From Pseudomonadota bacterium (lineage in GTDB: Bacteria; Pseudomonadota; Gammaproteobacteria; Acidithiobacillales; Acidithiobacillaceae): a stretch of 64,000 bases of DNA. The notes beneath the pieces are model-generated. The model had not been told where the DNA came from. It saw nothing but the letters and a program-made list of their open reading frames with translations, and searched no databases. Position 1 is the first letter of the stretch. Every line of letters starts with the position of its first letter. Position numbers and translations under genes: made by a program. This document shows positions 29,953 through 39,075 of this stretch, piece by piece. The DNA lies in NCBI GenBank assembly GCA_021821285.1, contig JAKACQ010000011.1:9333-73332 (forward strand), written 5' to 3'.

Positions 29953-32900
29953 ATGTCATGGTTAAAGCGGCAATCCGCAGGACGCGAATCAGAGCGGCCA
30001 AGGCACTTCAGGCGGGCACAGGCCATACGGATGATCGTGCGCGGTCATTGCCTCTTGCCGATATTGTTTTTCCCCTGGCCCGCCACGGCCATGCCACAGT
30101 ACATCGGCGGTGGCGGGACGGTCACGGATGGCGCGGACAACGCCAGCAATGCCGGGATCGTGGTCCATGCCTCCACCCTCGATATTAGTGCAGGCTCGGG
30201 TTTGGGCAGCGGTTTGCTTGCGCTCCAAAATGGGGCGTTGCGCACCTCGGGCAGTGTCACGAGCGCGAACAACATCGTACTGGATCCCGGCACACCTCCA
30301 GCCGTGCTGACCTCTCCCTGCGGGGGGGGCTATTGCTTTGGGGTCGGCGACAGCATGACACTGAATACGGTCGGTAATACTTATGTGAGCACGCCCTCGC
30401 TCCTGCAGCAAATGCAGTTCCCCAGCAACAACAAGGCCATCGGGATATGGCTCACCCAGGGCTGGCAGCCGGATTGGATGGCAGGCATGCAAACGGCGAT
30501 GCAGCGGGGTTATGTACCCGTCCTGTTCGATTACTATTTGGGGGATCTCGGCTCGATGGGGTCCGGGGCCTGGGGTTACGTCCAACAAAACGCGCAAGCC
30601 TGGCTGGCGAACACCCAACGGCTCGCCAACTATCTGTCCACGTTGAACGGTACCGTATCCGTGGTGATTCAACCGGAGTTCAATGTACCGGGGGTGGGTA
30701 ATCAGGCTCAATTCGGGGCCTGGCTTGCTCAAGTCGCGCAGATGCTTCAACACGCCCAACATCCTGGTCTGACCATCCTCACCAGTGCTGGCGTTGGAGA
30801 TTTCGGTGTCTACAGGGGCAGCACTGAAAATGCGTCCCAGTGGTCCAGCTTTTATCCGTCCCTGAGGGTGGCCGCGCCATACCTGAACTTCATCACTTTT
30901 CAGGAAATGCGCGGTGCGGCCACGGGTGGAACGGTGGTCAGCCCTCAGCAGGAGGGCATGAGCACCATAGCGGGCCGGGTCATCGCTTTTTCCCGCTACC
31001 TGCAAACGACCTACGGTAAACCGTTACTTCTCGGATACATGATGATGGATCCGTACACGCCGACGGGGGATACGGCAAACTGGTCGGCCATCGCCGCCAA
31101 GGCCTACGCCGAAGTCTTGCAGGTTTCTCCAGAGTTACAGCAACAGGGTGTTTTTGGCAGCCTGGCCATGGCGCTCTTCAACGACATGAATCACTCCACG
31201 ATCAACGGGGTCGATTACTTCGGCGCTTCCTCGGACTACTTTGGGTTAGTGAACAGCAACGGCGCTCCGGGTACCGCCGGAATCGGCAATGGACCCTACG
31301 TGCTCAATGCGAATGGGCAGGCCTGGGTCAAGGGTACGGCGAACGCCGGCACCGCACAAAAGATCCGCAATGGCGGAACCATTGACACGGCAGGTCATGC
31401 GGACACCTTCAATGGCACGCTTTCAGGTTCTGGGGGGTTGTTCGTGGTAGGGGGCGGCAGTGTGACGCTGACCGGGAACAATACCTACACCGGAAACACG
31501 TATATTGAAGACTCGACGCTCTTGCAATTGGGTAATGGCGGCAGCGGAGGGGGGATACTGGGCAATGTCCTCGACGACGGTGTGCTGTCATTCAATGCAT
31601 CCGATGCGGTCACTTTTCCCGGCCGGATCAGTGGGCTGGGTATCGTATGGCAACAGGGCCCTGGTCAGGTGTTTCTAACGGGGAGCAACAGTTATGCGGG
31701 GGGGACGCTGATTACCGGAGGAACGCTTGGGGTAAGCTCTGAAGACAATCTGGGGAGCGGAAATGTCACCCTGGATGGCGGCACGTTTGAAACCACCGCG
31801 GCGCTGCGGGATGGGCGCGCGTTCTTTCTCGGGGCCAACGGCGGAACATTGAACGTCGATGGTTCCGTGGATGTGTTTTCGGGCGACTTCATGCCGATGC
31901 GCCATACGCCCGACGGGGGTTTGACCATCACTGGAGGCGGGACCGCGGTGTTTACCGGGAATGACACCTATACCGGGGGCACGACCATTACCTCAGGGAC
32001 GATCTTACAGCTGGGAAATGGGTCCGGGCGGGGCGCGCTGCGGGGTAACCTCCTGGACGATGGCGCGCTGTCCTTCGACCAGCCGGGGCAGGTCGTGTTC
32101 CCTGGGGTCATCGATGGCGCCGGCATGGTGTGGCAACGAGGTTCCGGCACGCTCATGCTCACGGGCTCGAACGGATATGCGGGCGGCACATGGGTCACCC
32201 ATGGCACCTTGGCGGTCAGTGCGGAGTCCGAGATGGGCAGTGGCAACATTCTATTGAACGGCGGCACGTTTGAAACCACCGCGGCGCTGCGGGATGGGCG
32301 CGCGTTTTTTCTCGGGCCGCAAGGCGGCACCCTCAACAATGATGGATTCATAAATTATTTTTCAGGGAACTTCTTGCCCTCCGGCGCCACCTCCGCGGGT
32401 GGGATTACCCTCACCGGCGGGGGAGTCACCATACTGTCCGGGAATAACACCTATGCGGGGAACACCACGGTGGACGGATATACCACTCTGCAAATCGGTC
32501 GGGGCGGGCTGGGCGGCGATGTGCCGGGCAACGTGGTGGATAACGGCACGCTGGCATTCGACAGAGCCGGGGTGATGCGCGTTCCCGGCAACGTCACCGG
32601 CTATGGCATGCTGTGGCAGCAGGGCCCTGGGACGGTGATCTTGGAGGGTCAGAATGCTGTGGATAGTGGAACGGTTGTCGCGGGTGGCACCCTGGAGGTG
32701 GGTGATGTGGCACATTCCGGTGCCACTTTGCGCTCCGCGGTTGCGGTGCGCGCGGTGGGCACGTTGCGTGGTCATGGCACGGTCGTGGGGAATGTCATCA
32801 ACGATGGCACGGTGTTTCCCGGCGGCAGTATCGGCACCCTCCGCATTGATGGAAACTACACACAGAATGCGGATGGGACCCTGGCCATCGAGGTGGCCCC

Positions 32901-34209
32901 CACAGCGCATGACGTGCTGGCCGTTTCAGGCACCGCCCATCTTGCCGGGAAGCTGCTGGTGCAGGTGGATCCCGGGGCCGGTTATGTACCCGGTGACCAG
33001 TATCAGGTGCTCACTGCGGGTGGAGGGGTCACCGGGGCGTTTTCTACGATCGTGTATGATCCATTTCCCGCCTACGTCACGCCCACCCTGGTCCGCGGTG
33101 GCAACGGACTGCGCATCCGATTGGCGGCCACTCCGGGGCCGGCTGGCATGAACGACGCTCCCGCGTATCTGGGCGGTCAGATATATGCGGACATCCCCAC
33201 CGTGCTGATCCACATGACGGCGCAGGCGGACGCGCTGGTATTCGCGCATGGCAAGGGTTCCGCGAGCGCCGCCATGGCGCACACCCTGTTGGACGGCATG
33301 GGCACCGTCACCGCGGAACAACTGGCCCATTTCACCGAGCCACCCGCACGGGATCATGGCGCGGGAAATGACAGGCGCCCCTCCGGATTCTGGCTGCAGG
33401 GCCTGGGTGACTTTGGGGCTGCCGCCGGGTCCGCGGGAATATCCGGATTCTCGAACCAAAGCGGAGGCGCATATGCCGGTGTGGATCTCCATCATCATGG
33501 TGTCACGGCGGGCGTGGCGGCGGGCTATGTGCATACCCTCTTGAATTTGCCGACCACGGGGTATGCGGACGGCAGCCAGGCCAATATAGACAGCGTGAGC
33601 ACCATGCTGTACGGAAAATATCAGCACCGTGGCGTATTCGTGCAAGGATTGCTGGGATACACCAGCGAGTCCATTCGGGGGTTGCGGAATCTCCCGAATA
33701 CGGGAGCCGTCGCCCTGAGCGATTTTCATGGGCAGATGGTACACGCCACCCTGCAGGGTGGATACGCCATGCAGATGCATGGGGTGACGGTGACCCCCAA
33801 TGTCGGCGTGGCGACCTATGCGCAGTCACAGCCGGGATTCTCGGAGTATGGGGCTACGTCGCTGCTCGACTTGCGCTATGGCGCCCAGACGGACCATGAA
33901 ACCGACGCTTACGCCGGAGTGGGGTTAAGCCATGTGTACCGGATCGGAACCATGACCGTTACACCCCATCTGGACATTGCGATCCAACGCATCCTAACCG
34001 GAAACGCGCGTTCGATCACCGAAACGTTAGGGCGGCTGTCCCCGGTGCTGGAGTCCGGGGTGGCCCCGGAAAGAACGTCCATTTCCACTGACCTCGGAGT
34101 CAATCTGCGGGTGATCCACCGTGTGTCGCTGTATACGGAATACCTGGGAAACTATGCGGGCAACTTTTCTGACAGTGGGGTGGCGGTGGGTGGCATATGG
34201 CGGTGGTGA
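29953..34209 (+). CDS. type Va autotransporter with beta-helix (PATR) repeats and an inserted enzyme-like domain
   Basis: GAGGA RBS, signal peptide ending PATA, repeated LTG.NTY.GGT.I..GTL units, PGGSIGTL.I.GNY.Q junction, C-terminal beta-barrel ending in W. Confidence 0.9.
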   Translation: MSWLKRQSAGRESERPRHFRRAQAIRMIVRGHCLLPILFFPWPATAMPQYIGGGGTVTDGADNASNAGIVVHASTLDISAGSGLGSGLLALQNGALRTSGSVTSANNIVLDPGTPPAVLTSPCGGGYCFGVGDSMTLNTVGNTYVSTPSLLQQMQFPSNNKAIGIWLTQGWQPDWMAGMQTAMQRGYVPVLFDYYLGDLGSMGSGAWGYVQQNAQAWLANTQRLANYLSTLNGTVSVVIQPEFNVPGVGNQAQFGAWLAQVAQMLQHAQHPGLTILTSAGVGDFGVYRGSTENASQWSSFYPSLRVAAPYLNFITFQEMRGAATGGTVVSPQQEGMSTIAGRVIAFSRYLQTTYGKPLLLGYMMMDPYTPTGDTANWSAIAAKAYAEVLQVSPELQQQGVFGSLAMALFNDMNHSTINGVDYFGASSDYFGLVNSNGAPGTAGIGNGPYVLNANGQAWVKGTANAGTAQKIRNGGTIDTAGHADTFNGTLSGSGGLFVVGGGSVTLTGNNTYTGNTYIEDSTLLQLGNGGSGGGILGNVLDDGVLSFNASDAVTFPGRISGLGIVWQQGPGQVFLTGSNSYAGGTLITGGTLGVSSEDNLGSGNVTLDGGTFETTAALRDGRAFFLGANGGTLNVDGSVDVFSGDFMPMRHTPDGGLTITGGGTAVFTGNDTYTGGTTITSGTILQLGNGSGRGALRGNLLDDGALSFDQPGQVVFPGVIDGAGMVWQRGSGTLMLTGSNGYAGGTWVTHGTLAVSAESEMGSGNILLNGGTFETTAALRDGRAFFLGPQGGTLNNDGFINYFSGNFLPSGATSAGGITLTGGGVTILSGNNTYAGNTTVDGYTTLQIGRGGLGGDVPGNVVDNGTLAFDRAGVMRVPGNVTGYGMLWQQGPGTVILEGQNAVDSGTVVAGGTLEVGDVAHSGATLRSAVAVRAVGTLRGHGTVVGNVINDGTVFPGGSIGTLRIDGNYTQNADGTLAIEVAPTAHDVLAVSGTAHLAGKLLVQVDPGAGYVPGDQYQVLTAGGGVTGAFSTIVYDPFPAYVTPTLVRGGNGLRIRLAATPGPAGMNDAPAYLGGQIYADIPTVLIHMTAQADALVFAHGKGSASAAMAHTLLDGMGTVTAEQLAHFTEPPARDHGAGNDRRPSGFWLQGLGDFGAAAGSAGISGFSNQSGGAYAGVDLHHHGVTAGVAAGYVHTLLNLPTTGYADGSQANIDSVSTMLYGKYQHRGVFVQGLLGYTSESIRGLRNLPNTGAVALSDFHGQMVHATLQGGYAMQMHGVTVTPNVGVATYAQSQPGFSEYGATSLLDLRYGAQTDHETDAYAGVGLSHVYRIGTMTVTPHLDIAIQRILTGNARSITETLGRLSPVLESGVAPERTSISTDLGVNLRVIHRVSLYTEYLGNYAGNFSDSGVAVGGIWRW
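31777..32316 (+). repeat. near-identical 57-bp internal repeat (31777-31833 and 32260-32316)
   Basis: both encode GGTFETTAALRDGRAFFLG; one mismatch; offset 483 bp (161 codons). Confidence 0.85.
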
Positions 34210-34271
34210 TTCTGGGCGTGGCCATCCCTGCGGTGCCCGCCGCCTCCGGGGCCTGGAGAAGCGATCTTGCG

Positions 34272-34599
34272 GGGGCATCCGCTTGGACAAGCCGGTGTGG
34301 GCACGTCACATCAGAAACATCGCGATTCCCCATAATGCAACACCGCCCGCGGCGCTCAGCATCCCGATGCCAAAAAGCCATGTGCGCCGGGTCAGGGCGG
34401 TGATGGATGCCAGCGAAATGGCGATCTGCAGGAAAATCATGGCGATTTCCATGTCGTTGTGGGGACGGTTGAGGCGGGCGGATTCCGCGTTGGCCTGCTC
34501 CGATTTCTTTTCCAGCGCTTCCGCCGCTCGCTGGATGCTGCCTTTCTGGGCCTTGTACTTGGCGATCTTGCTTTCGAAATGGCCGGCCTTGGCCGGGGC
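34272..34599. repeat. 328-bp direct repeat, left copy
   Basis: matches 41865-42192 at offset 7593 with about 4 substitutions seen. Confidence 0.95.
34306..34599 (-). pseudogene. orphaned 3' half of DUF4337-like gene
   Basis: APAKAGHFESK...GIAMFLM nearly identical to C-terminus of 41899-42486; no 5' half. Confidence 0.9.
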
Positions 34600-34609
34600 A
34601 CCCCAGCGC

Positions 34610-36451
34610 TCACTCCACGGTGACCGATTTCGCGAGATTCCGCGGTTTGTCGATATCTGTGCCAAGTATCCGCGCCACGTGGTAGGCAAGTAGTTGCAAC
34701 GGGATTACGTGCAACACTGGCGATAGTGGTCCCGCGTGGTCCGTAAGCCGCATGACATGCAGACCGATTGCCGGATCGACCTTCGCTCCGTGGTCCGCGA
34801 ACACGTAGAGTTCGCCTCCCCGAGCGCGCACCTCGTGCAGGTTCGAGTGGAGCTTCTCGAGAAGCTGATCGTTTGGCGCAACCGCAACGATCGGAGTGTC
34901 CGCGTCCACGAGCGCCAGAGGACCGTGCTTCAATTCTCCCGCAGGAAAGCCCTCCGCATGGATGTAGGTGATTTCCTTGAGCTTCAGGGCACCTTCGAGG
35001 GCGATAGGAGCATGGATGCCTCGGCCGACGAATAAGGTGTGATGCTTGCCGACGAGCCGGCCTGCCCAGGCGATGACCGGTTGCTCAACCTCCAGAACCT
35101 TGCTCATCCCGGCAGGCAAGCGCCGCAGCGCCTGAAGGTGCTCATGTTCGAGCGCAGCGGGTAGCCGCCCTCGAAACTTCGCGATGACGAGCGCAAGGAG
35201 AAAGAGCGCCACGAGCTGTGTTGTGAACGTCTTGGTGGATGCCACACCGATCTCGGGACCGGCTCGGGTGATGAAGCATGCATCGCTCATCCGTATGAGC
35301 GCGGACTCCGGCGCGTTGCAGATGGTCAGCGAACGCGCGTCCGAGATCGCCTTCGCGTGTCTCAGCGCGGCGATCGTGTCCGCCGTTTCTCCGGACTGTG
35401 AGATCGCGACCACGAGTGTGTTCGGGCGAAGACAACTTTTGCGGTAGCGGAACTCGCTCGCGACTTCCACGGAAACCGGGACTTGGGCTAACTCCTCCAG
35501 CCAGTGTCGCGCGATGAGTCCCGCGTGGTAGCTCGTGCCGCAAGCGAGGATCAGCACGCCTTCGATTCCGGAAAGGACGCTTCGTCCTCGCTCACCGAAA
35601 ATCTCCGGCCCAAGCGAGCCAGAATCCAAGCTCTCCTGCAGCGTCGCCGCGACGGCATCGGGCTGCTCGAAGATCTCCTTTTGCATGAAGTGCTCGTAAG
35701 TCCCGAGTGTCGCGTCGGCGAGCACCATCGCGCTCTCGCGCTCCTCGCGGCGTACGCGCCGCCCCGCGGCGTCGAGCACCGTGTAGCCATCGCGGCGGAT
35801 TTCCACTACATCACCATCCTCGAGGTAGGCGGCGGTGCGCGTCACGGGCAGCAGGGCAAACACATCGGACGCGAGGAACATTTCGCCCTCGCCGACCCCG
35901 ACTAGGAGCGGCGCCCCATGATACGCCCCGACCACGCGGTCCGGGTCGTGTCCGTCCACGACCGCAATGGCGTAGAGGCCCTTGAGTTCGCTCACCGCGC
36001 AGCGCACCGCCTCGAGCAGCGTCTTGCCCTGCGACTTGTACCAGTGGACCAGATGGGCGATGACTTCCGAGTCGGTCTCGGACGCGAAGGCATAGTCGTC
36101 CCGCGCCAGCCGCAAGCGTAGTGCCTTGTGATTCTCGATGATTCCGTTGTGGACGATCGAGATTGCCTCGCCATTGCGGTTGCTCGTGTGCGGATGCGCA
36201 TTCCCGATGGCCGGGGCACCGTGCGTCGCCCAGCGCGTGTGCGCGATTCCGGTTCCGGCAGCCACGCCCTGCGAGGCGGCCTGTGCATCGAGATCGGCTA
36301 CGCGTTTGACAGACCGCAGGCAAGTGAGGCCGGTGGCGCCCACCAATCCGAGGCCCGTCGAGTCGTAGCCGCGATACTCCAGCCTCTTTAAGCCCTCGAT
36401 CAGGATGGATACGACGTTGCGCTGCCCAACTGCACCCACGATTCCACACAT
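34610..36451 (-). CDS. glmS: glutamine-fructose-6-phosphate aminotransferase, cluster-embedded copy
   Basis: MCGIVG (Cys1), EYRGYDS, HTRWATHG, HNGIIEN, SQSGETADT, ELKHGP, PRNLAKSVTVE; AGGAG RBS; no glmU alongside. Confidence 0.97.
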   Translation of the reverse strand: MCGIVGAVGQRNVVSILIEGLKRLEYRGYDSTGLGLVGATGLTCLRSVKRVADLDAQAASQGVAAGTGIAHTRWATHGAPAIGNAHPHTSNRNGEAISIVHNGIIENHKALRLRLARDDYAFASETDSEVIAHLVHWYKSQGKTLLEAVRCAVSELKGLYAIAVVDGHDPDRVVGAYHGAPLLVGVGEGEMFLASDVFALLPVTRTAAYLEDGDVVEIRRDGYTVLDAAGRRVRREERESAMVLADATLGTYEHFMQKEIFEQPDAVAATLQESLDSGSLGPEIFGERGRSVLSGIEGVLILACGTSYHAGLIARHWLEELAQVPVSVEVASEFRYRKSCLRPNTLVVAISQSGETADTIAALRHAKAISDARSLTICNAPESALIRMSDACFITRAGPEIGVASTKTFTTQLVALFLLALVIAKFRGRLPAALEHEHLQALRRLPAGMSKVLEVEQPVIAWAGRLVGKHHTLFVGRGIHAPIALEGALKLKEITYIHAEGFPAGELKHGPLALVDADTPIVAVAPNDQLLEKLHSNLHEVRARGGELYVFADHGAKVDPAIGLHVMRLTDHAGPLSPVLHVIPLQLLAYHVARILGTDIDKPRNLAKSVTVE

Positions 36452-36467
36452 GCAGGAGTCTCCTGTC

Positions 36468-37364
36468 TCAGACACACAACGTCGTCGTGGCCCCGCCGTC
36501 GAGAATGATCTGTTGGCCGCACATGAAGCCTCCGGCCTCGCTCGCTAGGACAGCGCACCAAAGACCAAATTCCGCGGGACTACCAAGGCGTGCTGCGGGA
36601 ATGGTTTCCATTAATCGAAGTCTCACTTCTTCGGGCGATGTACCATGTGAGTTGGCCATGTTCTCGACATATCGTCTCGTTCGCTCAGTATCGAATGAAC
36701 CAGCAAGAAGCGAGTTGATGGTTACCCCGCAGCGAGCGAAATCCCGGCTGGTGGCGGAGATGTAGCCCGCGAGGGCGCTGCGCACTACCTGTGACAAGGC
36801 GAGATCTGGGTTCGGGTTTCGCAGGATGGCCGAGCTCACGAGGATAATGCGCCCCCACTGCCTCGCTGCCATCGCCGGGTACACGCCAGCGATCAACTCC
36901 GTTAGGCTCACAAAGAGCTTGTCGAACGCGGCCTGCCACGCCCGAGGCGACTGCGCGATCGCGCGGCCGAAAGCAGGACCGGCCATGTTCGCGACCAGGA
37001 TGTCGGGCGGGAGCAGCGACTCCTGAAGCCTCGCGCGCTCGGATGGGCGGCTGAGATCGCAGGAGAACCAGGCACAGTGAGCATGCTCACGGAGAGCGAC
37101 AAGCCCACGCGCGGCCTGTTCGAGGCGCTCCTCGTCGCGAGCGATCAACGTGACGCCAGCACCGAGGCAGTGCAGCGCATCGGCGCATGCGAGCCCGAGA
37201 CCGCGACTGCCGGCGAGGACCCACGCCGATCGCCCGCGCAAATCGAGAAGACCGGTGTACGGCGATGGAGTGGGCCACCCACCCGATGTGTGGCCGCGCT
37301 TGTCTTCGAATGCTTGGGTGGTTCCTGTTCTCACGGTGCGCGACTGCCGCGTCGATCTCGACAC
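36468..37364 (-). CDS. atypical SDR, BacG(YwfH)-like NADPH-dependent reductase
   Basis: GSRGLG, IAR (NADPH preference), YxxxK replaced by SQVVR, YVEN and GQQI..DGG as recalled for BacG; start uncertain. Confidence 0.7.
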   Translation of the reverse strand: MSRSTRQSRTVRTGTTQAFEDKRGHTSGGWPTPSPYTGLLDLRGRSAWVLAGSRGLGLACADALHCLGAGVTLIARDEERLEQAARGLVALREHAHCAWFSCDLSRPSERARLQESLLPPDILVANMAGPAFGRAIAQSPRAWQAAFDKLFVSLTELIAGVYPAMAARQWGRIILVSSAILRNPNPDLALSQVVRSALAGYISATSRDFARCGVTINSLLAGSFDTERTRRYVENMANSHGTSPEEVRLRLMETIPAARLGSPAEFGLWCAVLASEAGGFMCGQQIILDGGATTTLCV

Positions 37365-38314
37365 TCGTTGGTTTGGGATTGCCCAACCCGTACGCGAGCC
37401 AGGATGGTAGTGTGGAGTCCCATGGCCATCGCGACTGCCGTCAGGGCGAACGCCCCTCCCAGCAACTGGGTGGACGACACGTCCTGCCCGAGGAGGACGG
37501 CCGCGAGCAGGAGCGCGATCGGTGGCAGAAGGAGCGTGAAGAGGCCGGTCGTGACCGGCCCGAGCCTACGCACGCTCTCATTCCACCATATGTATGGAAT
37601 GACGGTAGCAAAAACCACGAGATAGAAGATCGCTCCGGCAGTCTGCCAAGTGAAGATCCCCCGGTACCAGTGCTGTGTTTCGAGCAGGAATGGCGTTGGC
37701 AAGAGCAGGAGCGTCCCCACGATCGTGGAGACCGTGGTCATTGTTGTGGAGTCGAACTCGGCTGCCGCCAACTTTCCGGCCACCATATAGCAGGAGAACG
37801 AGAGCGACGCGGCGAGAAGAAGAAGATCACCCAAGAGTGCCTCCGGAGCGGAACCGAATGCGTTTTGGCCGGAAATCACCATCGTCGCGCCAATGAGACC
37901 GATGCAAAGGGCGGCGACCAGATGCGCCGACGGTCGCCGGCGCAGGACAATGCTCGCGAGGAACATGGTGAAGACCGGCTGGGTCGTAGGGATGAGTAGC
38001 GCCGCGTCGGCTGCCGACGCCAAGATCAACCCGTAGTTAAGCAGGACGGTGTACGCGAATACGCCGAAGAGGCCCATTAGCGCCAGGTACAGCACGGAAT
38101 TCCCGCCGAGCTTCACCAGCGTATGGAGTCGCGGACGCATCATCAGCAGGTAGGCTAAGGTCGTCAACACGAACCGCACGGCTGCGGTGGTCAAGGGCGG
38201 AAGATCGCGCAGGGCGATCTCGCTTGCGACGAAGGTGCCGCCCCACATGAACTGCACCAGCACCAACTTGCCGTAAGTGACACCGACCGGCTTTGTGTTT
38301 TCGGGATCGGTCAT
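37331..38314 (-). CDS. EamA/DMT family exporter
   Basis: MWGGTF, AVRF, two 5-TM repeats, LLGQ.VS..QLLGG; ATGA-coupled to upstream SDR. Confidence 0.92.
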   Translation of the reverse strand: MTDPENTKPVGVTYGKLVLVQFMWGGTFVASEIALRDLPPLTTAAVRFVLTTLAYLLMMRPRLHTLVKLGGNSVLYLALMGLFGVFAYTVLLNYGLILASAADAALLIPTTQPVFTMFLASIVLRRRPSAHLVAALCIGLIGATMVISGQNAFGSAPEALLGDLLLLAASLSFSCYMVAGKLAAAEFDSTTMTTVSTIVGTLLLLPTPFLLETQHWYRGIFTWQTAGAIFYLVVFATVIPYIWWNESVRRLGPVTTGLFTLLLPPIALLLAAVLLGQDVSSTQLLGGAFALTAVAMAMGLHTTILARVRVGQSQTNECRDRRGSRAP

Positions 38315-39075
38315 GCCAGGAGCCCGCCGTCGATCAGTATGCAGGAGCCAGTGGTGAAGCTCGCCTCGTCCGACGCGAGAAAGAGGATCGCGCTTGCGAC
38401 CTCGGCGGGTGTGCCGAGCCGTCCGAGGGGATGGATTCGCCCTTTCTGCCGCTTGGCCATGTCTCGATCCTTTGTCTCGGAGATCGCACGATCCGTCATC
38501 GGCGTGTCGATGATGGCCGGCGCCACGGCGTTGACGCGGATGCCTGCCGCCGCCAAGTCGCAAGCGAAAGCCTTGGTCAGCGCCAAGACCGCTGCCTTAC
38601 TCGCGCTGTAGGCACCGTCGCCAGGCCATGTACGGAACGACGCGACGGAGGCAACGTTAACAACGCTGCCTCCCCCGTGTGTGCGCATCTGCGGAACCAC
38701 CGCTCGGGTGCAGAGGAAAACGCTTCGGGTGTTGACCGCGAACAGCCGGTCGTAGTCCGCAACCGCGAAGCAGTCGAGGCTCCCGCTGATCTCGATACCG
38801 GCGTTGTTGACGAGCACCGACACGGGACCAAACGCATCGAGCGCCTCCTGGAACAGTCGCGACGCCATCGCCTCATCAGACACGTCCGCGCGCATGGCGC
38901 GCGCCGTACCGCCCGAACCGTTGATTTCCGCCGCCGTGCGCGCCGCCACGCGCGCGTCGATGTCAGCCACGACAACACGCGCGTCTTCCGCGGCAAAGGA
39001 GAGGGCGGCCTGCCGCCCGATCCCCGATCCCGCGCCCGTGACGACGACCGTGCGGTCACGAAATCTGGCCCGCAT
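38311..39075 (-). CDS. SDR, BacC-like dihydroanticapsin dehydrogenase
   Basis: TGAGSGIG, VADID (NAD), NNAGIEI, WP...AYSASK, IIDTP, PLGRLG; start ATG 39075 with GGAAGGA RBS. Confidence 0.75.
   Translation of the reverse strand: MRARFRDRTVVVTGAGSGIGRQAALSFAAEDARVVVADIDARVAARTAAEINGSGGTARAMRADVSDEAMASRLFQEALDAFGPVSVLVNNAGIEISGSLDCFAVADYDRLFAVNTRSVFLCTRAVVPQMRTHGGGSVVNVASVASFRTWPGDGAYSASKAAVLALTKAFACDLAAAGIRVNAVAPAIIDTPMTDRAISETKDRDMAKRQKGRIHPLGRLGTPAEVASAILFLASDEASFTTGSCILIDGGLLA

Noticed and set aside
34306-34689. 127-aa ORF as a functional fusion gene
   Set aside because: Chance read-in from an alternative frame of the glmS 3' end into the duplicated fragment; no evident RBS
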